Positions 31,880-32,000 of a stretch of 32,000 nucleotides of DNA are shown one piece after another. Numbering within the stretch: position 1 is the first letter of the stretch; every line of letters begins with the position of its first letter. Made by a program: the position numbers and the translations under genes. Location of the stretch: the NCBI RefSeq assembly GCF_000179635.2, contig NC_014833.1:630001-662000 (forward strand), in the 5' to 3' direction. The notes under the pieces were generated by a model. It did no database searches. It saw only the letters and a list, made by a program, of their open reading frames with translations, and was not told where the DNA came from. This DNA comes from Ruminococcus albus 7 = DSM 20455. GTDB taxonomy: Bacteria; Bacillota; Clostridia; Oscillospirales; Ruminococcaceae.

Positions 31880-31911
31880 GTGTACTACTACAGATAATAC
31901 ACCTAGTACAC
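31880..31911. promoter_or_regulatory. Inverted GTGTACTA / TAGTACAC pair at the predicted transcription start (candidate operator)
   Basis: GTGTACTA (31880-31887) and TAGTACAC (31904-31911) are exact reverse complements separated by 16 nt. The pair begins 5 nt after the -10 box. The motif is the same as in the upstream array. Confidence 0.5.
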
Positions 31912-31984
31912 GCAGGACAAATGAAACGAAACAACAAGACAGCGCCCTCTATAAAAAGATGACAGGGCAGAAAGGCAGGACAAC

Positions 31985-32000
31985 ATGAGAGAACTTATGA
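31985..32000 (+). CDS. Possible start of an unidentified gene (only 5 codons in the window)
   Basis: The ATG at 31985 (MRELM...) lies about 100 nt downstream of the predicted promoter, with a weak purine-rich RBS (AAAGGCAGGA). The fragment is too short to assess. Confidence 0.2.

Noticed and set aside
31663-31911. Short direct repeats as a possible CRISPR array or iteron-type plasmid origin
   Set aside because: The repeat units are only 7-8 nt with 4-5-nt spacers, far too short for CRISPR. No cas or rep genes are nearby. A transcription-factor site array is the simpler reading.
1-32000. Mobile-element or prophage origin of the accessory-looking region
   Set aside because: No transposase, integrase, recombinase, tRNA attachment site or terminal direct repeats were seen. 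Promoter style and codon style look uniform across the window by eye. Composition was not computed.

Overview
This window looks like chromosomal DNA from a cellulolytic, Ruminococcus-like clostridial Firmicute. That placement is an inference from a dockerin-bearing GH5 cellulase, the codon style, and SigA-type promoters with extended -10 boxes. All family calls come from reading motifs in the supplied translations; no database search was run. Most of the window is housekeeping: citrate synthase, RNA methyltransferases (TrmH-like, RlmI-like), secG, RNase R and glmU. Carbohydrate-active genes are interspersed: a GH5-dockerin cellulase and a CE2-like SGNH esterase with a cell-wall-anchor-like tail. 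No rRNA, tRNA, CRISPR array, transposase or integrase was seen. The most interesting region is an apparent six-gene operon at 18550-25526. It is bounded by a near-consensus promoter and a 17-bp-stem terminator. It encodes a Zn-ribbon/LRR protein, an atypical Hanks-type kinase, a vWA/MIDAS protein, a PP2C phosphatase, a membrane GGDEF cyclase and a protein with 15 GYPQQGM repeats. The kinase/vWA/PP2C core resembles the poorly understood TerY-phosphorylation triad, here extended with sensor-like and output-like modules. Directly upstream (15329-18411) is a DivIVA-like gene, a sensory-type [FeFe]-hydrogenase-like gene with no PAS or enzymatic output domain, and a TM1266-type regulator. Other points worth a second look:
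- a small ORF upstream of rnr interrupted by an in-frame TGA;
- a nested inverted-repeat element in a 590-bp gene-free gap;
- a phased array of GTGTACT motifs in the divergent region upstream of glmU;
- TTGTAC palindromes upstream of the cellulase.
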